A stretch of 63,768 nucleotides of DNA, the filler included, from Reclinomonas americana ATCC 50394 (lineage: Eukaryota), in assembly GCA_048213135.1 (NCBI GenBank). It is 14 parts of 14 records of this genome, joined end to end, with 100 filler letters (N's around TTAATTAATTAA, not from the genome) between each part and the next. Parts side by side here need not be neighbours in the genome. Positions count along the whole stretch, not along the records: positions 22,817 to 26,085 come from AFZH01023607.1; positions 26,186 to 28,437 come from AFZH01023608.1; positions 28,538 to 31,889 come from AFZH01023609.1; positions 31,990 to 35,351 come from AFZH01023610.1; positions 35,452 to 37,996 come from AFZH01023611.1; 9 more parts are not named here. One strand, 5' to 3'. Within the stretch, counting starts at the first letter, position 1. Each line of letters starts with the position of its first letter. Shown one piece after another: positions 23,192 through 35,810 of the stretch. The position numbers and the translations under genes are program-made. Under the pieces are notes generated by a model, which saw nothing but the letters and a program-made list of their open reading frames with translations, made no database searches and was not told where the DNA came from.

Positions 23192-26100
23192 CCCTGGCAA
23201 CGAACCAGCAACTACCCCGTGCGAACCTCCCGCGCACTGCTGTGCCAACCCGGCTTCCGATGTGTGGTATGTCGGCCCCCCTCTCCCTTTTCTCTCTTCT
23301 CTCCTCCCTCTCTCCTCACACCTTTCTCCTCCCCAGTACCGCGGTCAGCTGACCACCAGCGACCGCCCCGTAAATCACTCGGAGAAAAAGGAGAAAGCTG
23401 GCGATCCATGCCTGCAGCAGCGTGTCGTCAACGCGGTGTGGACTGTCACGCATGAGCCGACTGGGGTGTGTGCTCTCTCGTGTGTTATAACACTGCATTT
23501 GCACCTCTCTCACTCTCGCTCCCCAGTCCCGCTCTCACGTCCCTCCCGACGCTGACCTGTTCGCCATTCGCTTCATCCAAGCCTGGCAATTCGACAAGTG
23601 CAAGCTGTCGCCCGATGTCAGCAAGCTGGTGACGGCGCAGTTGACGCAGTTCACGACGCATGTCATCCAGACGCATGTGAGTGTCGCCCACTGAATGGGA
23701 TTTTCACCATCTCTCTCACTCCTCTCTCCCTCTCCAGAGCGGCAAAGTCCTGCAAGTGTACGAGCACATTCGCGAGTCGAGCAACGCCGCCACCATCAAG
23801 CGTTTGTTCATGAAGGCTCTCAACTCCAAAGTGCCCAAGGCAGACTCCACCGCCCCGCCACCCGCTGGAGAGGCGCTGGTGTTCTTCGATGAGCACACGC
23901 ACTCGGGGCCAATCATGGGAACGTTGCGTGATGCGCGCACTTTCAATGGCGGTTCGCATTGCCGACTCACCCGTGTCGCAGGTCCACCATTTTGCATACA
24001 ACTCCCAACTCCATTCTCTTTGAGGAGGCCATGGTTGCCGTGGAAAGCACTGCCACGGTGCAGTTGTCGCCGAGCGAGTGGGCATCGCGGCGGCGTGCGA
24101 ATCTCGTGGGCTTCATTCCGATCAAGCAGCGTCCGCGACTGCCCGACGTGAAGACCAAGATGCCCAACACGACATTCAGCACGAAAGTGCAGGCCACGTC
24201 GCAGGTCTGTTTGGGGTGTTGACCATGGACGCAGTGGTGGGCTTCTCACTTTTTGTTGGTGTCAGGCTCGTGCCAAGACCCTGGTGAAGAACGGCATCAC
24301 CACTGCCTCGCAGCACAATGTCGGCGTGGAGTTCGGCGACTCGAATGCGGAAGGCACCGTGGGCAAGAAGCACGTGCCGCCGGTGAAGAAGGGCTCCCCG
24401 GCGCACAGTTTCGTCGCTGCTTATAAAAGAAGGTTGGCGCCTGCGACTGATGAGTGTTTGTAGGTGGCAAGGAGGACAAGAATGTGGCGGATGGCATGAC
24501 TGGTGATCAGGTTTGTGCGAGATTGTGACAAGTGGGGAGAGGTGGACGAGTATTAGTGAGAAGCACGGAGATTGATGATATTCTGAGTGAGCTGTGTGAT
24601 GAGCACTGCTCCTCTTGCACTGCTCTTCACTGAGGAATGCAAACATCGACACGCTGAGATGACGAGCAGAACAGAGTAGGGTTGGGAGAAGTGTGATGGA
24701 GAGAGATGCGTATCTCCTGCTTTTGCTCTGTATTCTTCAACGAAGCGGTGAGAGAATGAGCGAGACAATTAGTCGATCAGAGAAGAGCTGTGAGAGGGAT
24801 GATGGACCGATCGTGGAGCGAGATGAATCCCTTCTCTTTCTTTGTCCTCTATTCTTCACCGAAGAAGAAAGTGAGGATCCACGGCGAGAGAATGAGCGAG
24901 ATAAAGAGCAGATCGTAGAAGGTGTTCTCTTCTTTCTTCTTGCTCCTCTGTTCTTCCCCGAAGAACAGAGCACAAGTGGGCGTCGAGTGAAGAACGGGAA
25001 AGACGAAGAGAGAAGAGAGGAATAACGATTGGTGCGATCGTATGCTTCCTTCTGTTTTTCCTCTTCTACCCCCCGCCTTTGTGTTTTCTACATGGTGTCA
25101 CCCGCTCTAAACCGCCTCCTGTTGCTGTTCCTTTGCCCTTGTGCCGTCGTTTTCTGCACTTCTACATCGTCCTCGCGCAATGCCTCCTTTGCTCCCCGCG
25201 TGCCTCGCTGCTCTTGCAATCGCTTTCCTCATTTCTTCTCCCTTTCAACCGTTGTTTCCTTCTCCTCCCTCCCGTTCTCTTCTTTCTCCCTTCCCTTTCA
25301 TCCCTCTTTCCCTTTTCCCCGTTTCGCAGTTGTTTCCTTCGCCTCCTTCACATTTTCTCCTTTCTCGCTTCCCTGCCTTCCCGTTTCCCTTTTTCGCTGT
25401 TGTTTCCTTCTCCCTTCCCTCACCTCCCCTTCCCCCTTCTCCCCCACCCGCAGCCCAGCGGCATGTCATCGAAAAACGGCACCGTGGTCAAAGTCGCGCT
25501 CGTCACCAGCGTCCGTGTCCAACCTCGCACCGCGCCACCTGCCGACTCCGCCGCAGCGGGCATGATGTTCACAGAGGTGCCGACGGAGGAGCCACTGGCC
25601 TTTGTGAAGCACCCGGAGCACTATCGTGTGGATGTTGCGTGTGTTGAGTCTCTGTCTTGTCTTCTGGCGCCGACACTCACCACTTGAATGACACAGGACT
25701 CATTCTACGGCACCTTTTTCACTCCCCGCCAATCACTGCAAATGAGCTTCCCCACGCACACTTTCGACACGGGCGAGAAGCTGATTCGCGGGTGAGTGAC
25801 GTGTGTGATTTTTTGGAAGACTTGATGAGTGACTAAATTCTCCATTTTCTTCTGCAGTGCCTGCTCCGGTGCCGTGGAGCCAATGCTGCTGCAACGTGAG
25901 CTCTCCAAGAGCACCATTAATGAGGAATTTGTGCACCACATGATGGCCGTCGTGCAGCAAGTGATGGCCGATTGCCAACCGTCTGCGTTGCAAGTGGTGC
26001 GGCGCGAAATCGATGTCAGCCCCTTTCATCTCGTTGTCTAACGTCTCTCTGTGTCTCTCTGTCTCTCTCTCCCTCTCCCTCTCTGNNNNNNNNNNNNNNN

Positions 26101-28294
26101 NNNNNNNNNNNNNNNNNNNNNNNNNNNNNTTAATTAATTAANNNNNNNNNNNNNNNNNNNNNNNNNNNNNNNNNNNNNNNNNNNNTCCCTCTCTGTCTCT
26201 CTCTGTCTCTATGTCTCTGCCTCCTGCCTCTCTCTCTCTCTCTCTCCCTCCTTCCGCCCTCCTCCCTCCTCACCCTCACCCTCCTCTCTCTCTCTCTTCT
26301 TTTCCCGCAGATCCTGGCCTCTCTCAACACGTACAACATGCCAGCAACACAGCACTTCTTGCTGTCGCTGGCCGAATCGCATTCCGTGGACCATCCAACA
26401 CGCAACAGTGCACTCATTGGATTGGTGCACCCGCGAAACGGATACACTGACGGACAGCTTGATTTGCACACACACGACACGGTGACGCGACTTCACCAGT
26501 TGTGGAATGAAGACAGCGATGGGCAGGTGGGCGAAGAGAGAACGCGACACGAGTCAACTCGCATGTCTTGCTCACTCTTTTTTTTTGTACCGCGCAGGCA
26601 CTTCTGGTCCTCGCTGGTGTGCTGGGCTCGCTGAATGTGGTGCGCCCGGTCGAGGTGGAGGATCCATACGAGCACATTGTGGCGGCCGTGGAGGAGGAGC
26701 TGCTGGAGGTGTTCCAAGCGGATGCTGACCGGAGGAGTTTGAATCATGCGACCATGCTTCTACACACGCTCGGCAATGCGCAGTACTCGCGCTCACTACG
26801 GCATTTGCGGCATTTCGCCACTCGCCACCGTGACCTGTCGGTGGCGCGCCTGGCGGTGGAGACCATGGCCGGCTTCGAGTCAGATGAGGGTACGCAGGCG
26901 CTGGTGGAGGTGATGCGTGACCTGTATGCCAAGCCGCAAGTGCGCTTGGTAGCAGCGGCAGCCCTGTCCAGCAAGTTTCGTTCACTGTTGCGACTTTTTA
27001 GTCGATGTTGGTTGGCGGCTTACCGACCTTGATTTGTGTACAGGTCTCTTTCGCCACGGCAATCGTCGGTCCTCAATGCATTTGTCGCTGCCAGCGTCTC
27101 TACCAGTGCGCGAAGCACGGAATACAACGGGGGAGAAGGTATCAGTGCTGATGACACCAGTGACCAGGAGCGTCAGCAGCAAGAGGAGCGCAAGAATCGA
27201 CCGCAGGAGCAAGAGGAGCCGCAGAAAGAGGAGCAACCGCAGAAAGAGGAGCCGCAAAAGGAGGAGCCGAAAAAAGAAGAACAGCAGCAAGAGGACGACG
27301 ACCCGGGCAAGGTCACGCACGAGAGGACGTGGGAAAAGGTGCGTGTCGAGGAGATCGCCGGTGGCTGTGAGATCGTCGACTCATTTTGCGTACACAGATC
27401 TATGAGCAAACTCCAGGTTTTGGCAATGTTGCGCGTCGGTGGAGGGCGTAGTGATGTCGAAGAGAAAGGGAGACGGGCCGCCAGAAGCGCCTCTGACAGA
27501 GATAGTGGTTGACAGAAGGGACTCAATCTGAAAGAGATTGTGGTTGACAGAAAAGACTCAACCTGTCGGAGAGCTGTTGCTCTTTCTTCTCTCTCGAAGC
27601 AAATCGCTCCCCACTTTTCTTCCAAGGTTTCAGTGCTCACACAACTCGCTCTCGCAGAGTTTTGTCGGTGGACGATTCGAGGCTGGTGCTGTTGCGTCAT
27701 TACTTCACTTTGCCAACATGAAGTTTGCCGCTATCCTCATCTCCGCGTTCACATGTCGCAGATATTGCAACTCAAAGCCTAGTTCTGTCTCCGCAATGTT
27801 GCTTCGAATGCTTATCTCTCGATCCACTCACGTTTGCTTTGCTGTTCACAGCGAGAAGATGACTCTCGAAGCAAGTAAGTCGATCTGCATGGTTTTCACT
27901 CGCTCCTCTTCTTGCGCTGACATTTGGTGACCATTTCTGTGTTGCAGAGGGCGATGCTTATGCCAGGTGCGTGCAGTTGTTTCTGTTGTAGCGAATTCAT
28001 CTGCTTCTGCTCACTGATTCGCTGTTCTGCTGGCAGATGCCCCGTGCACGTCTGGGTGCGTTGCATAGTGGTCATCGCGGTGTGTGGTTTATCTCTCCTC
28101 ACTCTGAATTCCCTGCAGAAACTCAAATTCAAGATCTTCGAAGTGGTGAGTCCTCGTGAACGTGCACGTATGTTGGTGTTCATGCTGCTAATGCAACTGA
28201 GCAGGGCTTCAATGCGCACTATCCTCCCGTGCACGGCGAGGCGCAGGCCAAGTTTTTCATCAAGGTTGGCGTGTGTGAGAAGGGGGAAAGTCTT

Positions 28295-28333
<39 letters not shown>

Positions 28334-28614
28334 GAGGAGACATAAGTAACGAAGAGAGTATCGTCGTCCGTAGACGAACGAAGTAGGTCGTCGTAGAGTA
28401 GACGAACGAAGTAACGTACGGTACGTCGATAGTTGTTNNNNNNNNNNNNNNNNNNNNNNNNNNNNNNNNNNNNNNNNNNNNTTAATTAATTAANNNNNNN
28501 NNNNNNNNNNNNNNNNNNNNNNNNNNNNNNNNNNNNNACGGACGACGTACGGTACGTACGTAACGTTTAGTAGTAGGTAGGTAGGTACGGTAGGTAGGTA
28601 GGAAGGTAAGGTAG

Positions 28615-28659
<45 letters not shown>

Positions 28660-31273
28660 CATACTAAGGAACAGGAGATTGCCCTTGTCGAAGAACAAGT
28701 GGGCCTTCGAGAATGACAGAATACGGAACTGCATGATTTGTTCTGACTCTCTCACATTTGTTGTCGTACTATCCCCTGCGTCCTCACTCTCTTCATCTAG
28801 TTGTTTGGCCTGTCACTCTTTGACAAGCAGTGGACGAAGGAGGCCAAGCCAATCAAATTCGGTGGTGCCACGTGCGCGCTGGGCAAGGAATACTCTCCCA
28901 ATGTTGCGTTTATTGTATGCAGGAAGATGTGAGAGTGTGTGCTCACCATACCTGTACAGGACGTCATTGCCTCGGAGAAGATTGCCAAGCAATTCGAGTT
29001 GCGTTCTACCAAGCGTATGTGACGGCTGTGGCTGTGTATCTCACAGCTTTGTGTGTCACAGGTACACCATGCGCTTCTGCTACCGTTGTGTCAACATTAT
29101 CCTAACTTCTTGTCACATTGTGCTGCCACTGACTGTGATGTGTGTTTTCGCAGTGGGCATCTTTTGTGTCAGCGGCACTGTCGGTTTTGCCGGTGAGTGG
29201 CGAATAGAGAGGGCTTTGGAAGAGAGGACCGAAGAGAGGGAAGATGAGTGACGAGGTGCTTGTGGAGTGAGATTGTGATTGAAGTAGAAGATTTTGGGGT
29301 GAGGAGAGGAAGGGAGGAAGAAGGGGAGGAGGATGAGTAGAAGGGCATGCAGGAAGTGCAAATGAGGAGACTAAGGATGAGGAAACGAGGAGCGGAGGGA
29401 AGGAGGAAAGCGCACAGAGCAAGAGTGAGAAAAAGAGAGAAATAGATGCAGAAGAGGAGGAGAGGAAGGGAGAAGAATTAGGAGGACGGGAAAGGAAGAA
29501 GAGAATGAAGAGAAAGGGATGTAGAAGACGATAAGTGGGAACGGGGAGCATGAGGAGAAGGTGATGTAGGAAGAGGAAATGAGGGGAGGCAGGGAGAAAA
29601 CGAGAAGTGGTAAGAAGGAGGAAGGAGCATAGAGTAAGAGTGAGAGAGGAAGAAGAGGATGAGAGGAAGGGAGGAGGAAGACGAGGAGAAGGGGGTGTAA
29701 GAGGATGAGGGGAGACCAACAAGGCACTGCTCACTGACGTCGTCACTTGTTCTGCGGGAGTACGCCACATAAAGAACACCAACACAGCAGCAGACTGTGT
29801 TGTGCCCTTGCACTGATTTTCATTGTTTGAACTCGCAGGTTCGCTGACTGGCTCCGTGTTGCTGGCGCCCTTTGAGTGCTCCAAGCCGGCGGTAAATCAA
29901 TTCTGTTCCGTCCATGTCTTCCTTCGCTCGTCTCACATTGCCATGTTTCTCAGATGACGGTGGGTGGCATGGTCTCGCCCAAGATCGTCGTGTTTGCCAA
30001 GATTGGAGTGGGTCTGCCAAGTTGCGTCGTGTCGCCTTCCAGCTCATCTGTTTTGTTTCCACCGCTTACTCAACCTCTGCACTCTCATGTGAACCCACAG
30101 TCATCATGGGTGGCGTCGGCATTGCGGTGCGTCGTTGTAAATCGAGTCATTTCTCACTGCCACTCTCTAATTTGTATGTTTGCGCAGGTCGAAATCGTGT
30201 CGATTGACATTCCGCTGGTGGTGCGACCGCGCATCGACGATCACTACTGCATTCGGGTGTGTTATCGCCGTTTCTGCTTATGTCTCTCTGCAACTCTGTA
30301 CTGACTCGCCTCTCTCTCTCTCTCTCTCTCTCTCTTTCCAACAGGCCGACCTCATTATGCGCAAGTGCGTATCTCCTCCCACATTCTATTCTATCCCTCC
30401 CACTCGCTAACCGTGTTGTGTCAATAATGGCAGTGGTGACGGCAAGGTGTTCTTGTGGTGGCGTGCATTCTGGGCGCGCGGAGGACCGTCGTATGCCATT
30501 CTCGGCTTTGCCGAAGACATGATGGTGTTTATCGGCGACGCGGGACCACTCGGCACCTCCAAGGTCAGCCAACTCGCGCTGCCGTCGCCGCGCCCGCCCC
30601 TCCATGCGTTCCTGGCCTCGGCGATTGGCCCAGCCATGTCGTCGTCATCGACGGCAATCGCCGTGGCGACACCAAAAGTCGGTGGTGTGGTGGCACAGCT
30701 GGAGTCGGCACGGGACGCCGATGCTGTGGTCCCGTTTGAGGACTCGACGCTCCAGCTGGCCGAGTGGGGTTTCTTCAGGCGGTTGGTCAGGTCGATTGGA
30801 AACTTTTTCAAGAAGGTGGCCAGGGCAATTGTGTCGGCCGTGAAGGGTGAGTGAGAGGGGGGACGGGAGGAGAAAACGCACGGGAGGAGGGTTTCGCTGA
30901 CGCGCTGTGAGCCGCAGCCGTCGTCAAATTCGTCGTGAAGATCGCTGTTGCCATTGGCAAGGCGTTTATCGCACTGGGCAAGCTGATTGTCAAAGCCCTT
31001 ATCGCTGTTGCGTGGGCGCGAAACGGCACTGGTGGGAGTGTGCGCTTCTTGCTCACGCATTTCTCGCAGGTGTGGAAGGTACTCGGGGACATCCTCGATG
31101 CACTGCTGAAAGGCTGGGGCGAGTACACGATGTTCAAGTGGGCCGGTGTGAAGAATAAGTTGCGTGCGCACGCGGTGGCAGTGACGAGAGGTGGTGCACT
31201 CATGTGACTGGTGCGGCGCAGGTGGAACTTGTTTAAGAAGGAGGCGTTCCCGGGTGACTGTGCAGAGGTGTGA
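23192..31273 (+). CDS. Vitellogenin/LLTP-like, paralog B (5' partial, spans two gaps, stop at 31273)
   Basis: N-terminal beta-barrel-like exons FTTHVIQTH|SGKVLQVYEHIRESSNAATIKRLFMKALN..FFDEHTHSG resemble the Vg G-x-V..NIKRGI..E..G pattern. Then the helical domain LLHTLGNAQ, beta-sheet exons matching paralog A, and the end WNLFKKEAFPGDCAEV*. Continuity across the gaps is inferred from domain order. Confidence 0.65.
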
Positions 31274-31637
31274 GAGAGTGTAATGAAGTAATCGAATTGC
31301 AAGCAAAAGGAGAAGGGAGGGAGAGGAGGGAGAGGAAGGGATAGGTGGGAGCAACCAGCGTTTGATTGGCTTTGCCTCCTGAAAGGGAAGATGACTGTCG
31401 CAGAACAGTAACTGTATGTTTTGTATATGTTGGTGTGTCATGCAATGTGATCGTTTGTTTTCAAGGGCCCGACGTCGCAGCAGTTCACCTCACTTCGACT
31501 GCGACGTTGTGTGAAGTCGCGATCTGCTCTTCTCTTGCTTGTTGTATGACTTTGCATCTGCAGTGCTCTCTTGCCAAACATCGACGTCGCCGGCCGATGT
31601 CCTATCGAAAACTGTGCGAAAACTTCTCACACCAACA

Positions 31638-34412
31638 ATGCCCGAGCACACCATCACCACCTCGCCCTCCTCCGTCAACGGCACGCCAACCGCCTCGCCG
31701 ACCTCGGCCACGCCCGCCGCTGCCGCCGACAAGAAGAACGCACGCGCACCGCGGTTGACACTGTCGGCACTGACGGCCTTTGTCACCACTCTCTCGCTGG
31801 TGGCCTACATTAGCATCCGCGCATTTGCCTCGCGCTTCCCCGACCTGGCCAACCTGCAATGGGATCAAGCGCCGATCCTGCGCACGCCGNNNNNNNNNNN
31901 NNNNNNNNNNNNNNNNNNNNNNNNNNNNNNNNNTTAATTAATTAANNNNNNNNNNNNNNNNNNNNNNNNNNNNNNNNNNNNNNNNNNNNCTTCTCTCTCT
32001 TCTTTCTTCTCCCTCTTCCTCCGTCTTCCTCTGATCGCCTCTCGCTCACTTGCTGCGCTTGGTGCGTGAGTTGTGTAATTGGAAATGCCCACCATGTCCA
32101 CGTGTTTTTCGTTCGCCCACTGCTGCAGGTGGTGGCACGCGCGTCGTATGCGTCAGGACCCGTCGCCAACACGTGGCACGCTCAACTTGCGCGCGCTTTT
32201 GCCGGCTTGGAACCTGTTCCTGACGGTGCTGTCGGCGTACATGTTTGTCGGCATGAGCGTTCCGAACACGACGTTTTTGCTGGAGAGTGCCGAGGGAGGA
32301 AGCCTGGCGCGTGGTCTGTACGAGTCGCTGTGTGATCCGCAGGCGCGTCACTGGGAGTACGATGGCATGGCCAACTGGGCGCTGCTGGCGTTTGCGCTCA
32401 GCAAGTTTGCCGAGCTCGGCGATACGGTGTTTCATGGTATGCGCACAGATTGATGCATGCATTGTTATTATTCCATATATTGCTATTGGTGGGAAGTGTT
32501 TTTTTGTTTCTCATCGGTGTGTGTGTTTGTTGCTGGCGATAGTGGCGCACAAGAAGGAGATCTCGGTGTTGCATGGATGGCATCACACCAGCGTGCTGCT
32601 GTTCACGTGGTGAGTGGGTTGGGAGGGAAATAGGGGAAAGGGAGAGGGTGAGGGGGGGAGGGCCAAGGAGGAGTGAAGGCTGTGAATGAAAGGTGAAAGA
32701 AGCAGAGACGGGGCAAGGGAGAGAATGCGGGGAAGTGGGAGGATCGGGGGAAGGGCCGAGGAGGAAGATGGTGAGGGTGACAGGTTGAAAGAAGCAGCGA
32801 CATCAAGGAGGAAGATGGTGAGGGTGAGAGGTGGAAAGAAGAGATAGGGCAGGGAGGAGGAGAGGGTGAGGAATGAAGAGAAGCAGAGACAGGCCAACGA
32901 GGAGCGAAACGGTGAGGGTGAGGGATGGAGAGAAACTGAGACGTAGTCAAGCAGGAGGATAGGGTGAGGGTTGAAGTGAGCAAGGAAGAGAGAGAGAGAG
33001 ACGAAGGCAAGCAGAGATAAGGCCAAGGAGGAGGAGAGAGTGAGGGTGCTTGCGGTTGCGGCGGAAGTAAACAATTCTGAGAATAATAGGAGATCAGAAA
33101 AGGCGAGGGAAGAACTCGGTGGCATCAACTCCACCTTTGAAAATCGTCACAAACTCCACCTCTTTCACCGTCACTGACTGCACTCGCGCAGGTACTCGTG
33201 CTACGTGTCCTTCTCCCCCGGCTGGCTGTTTGCCGCCCTGAACAGCTTTGTGCACCTGTTCATGTTGCGTGAGAAAGCATGTCGTCTCCCTCTCTCCCCG
33301 CCCACCCTCACTTGTGCGCGTGTGCAGGTACGGCTTGTGGTTCTTTATGAGCATCGGCTATACCGCCTCGTTCGCGAAGAAGATCACCACGCTGCAAATC
33401 ACGCAAATGATCATCGGCCTGCTGTGGACGGCGGCGTTGCGTACCACCGCCAATAGTTTCCTTCTGTCGCCTTTTTCTCCTTTCCCTATCTTTTCTTTTC
33501 CCTCCTCTTCAATCGCCATCTCATTCCCTCTCTCCTTCGTTGGTGCTGACCTGTTTGTGCAAGTGGTTTGTAATGCAACGTTCTCTTCTTTTATCCCTCC
33601 TTTCTTGTTCACTCTCCGTCTCGTTCTCCCTCGTGGGCGTTGACTTGTTTTCCAATTGACAACAACAAATTCATTCACCAACAAACAAGCAACAGCTGTC
33701 TTGATGACCATGCTGTGTGATTCAACCTTCTCTTCTTTCTCCCTCCTCTCTCTCTCTTCTTCTCTCTTTTTCTCATCCTTCTCTCCCCATCGGTGTTGAC
33801 TTGTTTTGCAAGTGCTGTGATTCAACCTTCTCTTCTTTTCTCCCTCCTCTCTCGCTCTTCTTCTCTCTTTTTCTCATCCTTCTCTCTCCCCATCGGTGTT
33901 GACTTGTTTTGCAAGTGCTGTGATTCAACCTTCTCTTCTTTTGGTTTTGTCTTGTCCTCTCTGTCTTATTATTCTCACTCCATCTCGTTGCTGTTGACTT
34001 GTTCTGCGGGTGGACTGTGATGCAATGTTCTCTTCTTCTCTCATCTTGTCTCCGTCTCTCCGCTCTCCTTGCGTTGGTGTTGACTTGATTGCAGCGAACT
34101 GTAATGCAACTTTTCTTCCTTTTCCCTCCCTTCTCTATTCTTCGCTCTTCTCATCTCCTCGTTGTGTATTGCAGGTGGGCGGTTATGCACCTCATCAACC
34201 CGAGCGCGTGCCCCGTGCACGGACCATCGTGGCCCGTCATGGCGGCCTCGGCCATTGTCTATGGGTGAGTGTTCGATTGTCGCACCGCTCTCCCCGCTCG
34301 CTCGTGCCCTCACTTTTTTTCAATCGTCGCCCACAGCTCATACCTCATCCTGTTCCTGAACTTTTACCGCCAGCGCTACAACGAGTCCGGCAGCAAGACC
34401 AAGGCGGAGTAA
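31638..34412 (+). CDS. ELOVL: GNS1/SUR4 (ELO/ELOVL) fatty-acid elongase
   Basis: WNLFLTVLS, FALSKFAELGDTVF, LHGWHH (HxxHH), LNSFVHLFMY, ITTLQITQM and SYLILFLNFY, with a KTKAE* ER-retrieval-like end. The exon at 31638-31889, before the gap, is assigned tentatively. Confidence 0.9.
33716..33940. repeat. ~100-bp tandem duplication in an elongase intron, with degenerate copies on both sides
   Basis: TGTGATTCAACCTTCTCTTCTTT...CCCCATCGGTGTTGACTTGTTTTGCAAGTGC repeats at about 33716, 33816 and 33919. Confidence 0.85.
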
Positions 34413-34606
34413 CGCGGCGTGTCGCTCGCAGTTTTGGCCTCGTCTGGGGGCGAGAGAAACCAGCACCACAACATCGTCTCTCGCTCTTCATCCTTCGATT
34501 TATCTCGCATTGTCCCTTTCTTCCCTCCTCTTCTCAACTAGAAATCGGTCGACACACAAATTCTCCTTTCCTGTTCGCCTCGCACACAATCACACAAGTG
34601 TGTCTC

Positions 34607-34716
34607 CTACATAAAATCGTCGTCGTCGATGCCAGCAGCACCCGCCTCAGCTGCTCCACCAAAGTCCTTGAGGTCGTCGACGGCGTCGGCGGCCAGGTTC
34701 GGTCGCTTGACGGCGG
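34607..34716 (-). CDS. EIF3J: Last exon of translation initiation factor eIF3 subunit J
   Basis: AVKRPNLAADAVDDLKDFGGAAEAGAAGIDDDDFM* matches the DDL.D.GG...DDFM C-terminus typical of eIF3j. It is preceded by a pyrimidine tract and CAG. The rest of the gene is not in view. Confidence 0.65.
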
Positions 34717-35310
34717 CTGTGATGGGGGGAAGGGAAGAGAGATGAGGCAAGGGAGGGAGAAGGGAAATGAAGAGAGCGACAGGAGGGAATGCTGAAGGAT
34801 AGAGTACAAGGAGACAGCGGTGAGCGGAAGAGAAGAGAGCGACAGGTGAGAATACTGAACGAATAAGAGCAACGGCGTGAGGATGAGCAAGCAGTGCAAG
34901 GGTTGAGATAGAAACGAAGGGTGCTGAAGAAGACTGTGTGTGTGATAGAGAGAGAGAGAGAGAGAGAGACAAAGAGGAAGGGGAAACGAGGATGATGGCT
35001 TGTAGTACCCACTGCTACGCCTGCTTATAACCAGAGACACGTGCATGATTCACGAACTATTGTGCAATCGTGAGATAACTGCACGATCGCCTGAGGCTAA
35101 CTAAGTTGAACCATCTCCTCTGCAATCTCGCTCTCTCGGCAAGTGAAAGACAGAGAGGCATAAGCAAGGGAAAGGGGAAACGAGGATGATGGCCGTACGC
35201 CTGCTTCCAGGACCAGAGACACATGGCAATTCGCGCATTCTGATGCAACTGAGGGAGAATCTGGCGAGTGCTAAGAGACATAAACAATTTCTACCGCTCT
35301 CTCTTTCTCT

Positions 35311-35351
<41 letters not shown>

Positions 35352-35810
35352 NNNNNNNNNNNNNNNNNNNNNNNNNNNNNNNNNNNNNNNNNNNNTTAAT
35401 TAATTAANNNNNNNNNNNNNNNNNNNNNNNNNNNNNNNNNNNNNNNNNNNNTTTTTGTTGGTTTTGTTTCCGTCGTGTGTGCTTATTCCGTTCTGGTGGG
35501 TTTTCTCTCTCTGCTTTCTCTCATCTGTTGTTTGGGGTCGTGTTGTTGAGGGAGTGAGAGAGGGAGAGAGTCTTGGACGAGGCGACAGCAAGATTGTGCG
35601 CTCCATTTTATTTTTTTGTGGTCCGTGAGCGTGCGAGGTGACTTGTTGTTGTTATGTGTAGTGATGGAAATGAATCGATTGGAGCATGTCGGTAATCTAT
35701 CAAGTATGTACAAGCAACACGTGCATTTGAGATGAGGCAACCTTTGTAGCAAGATGTACAGAGAGAGGTGTAAAACGAGCACCGACAGTAGGCCACTTAA
35801 CAACATCAAC

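Noticed and set aside
28345..28620. Odd TACG/GTAC/ACGA-rich sequence at contig ends (also 18034-18080)
   Set aside because: Resembles pyrosequencing flow-order noise at read ends beyond microsatellites; not treated as biological.
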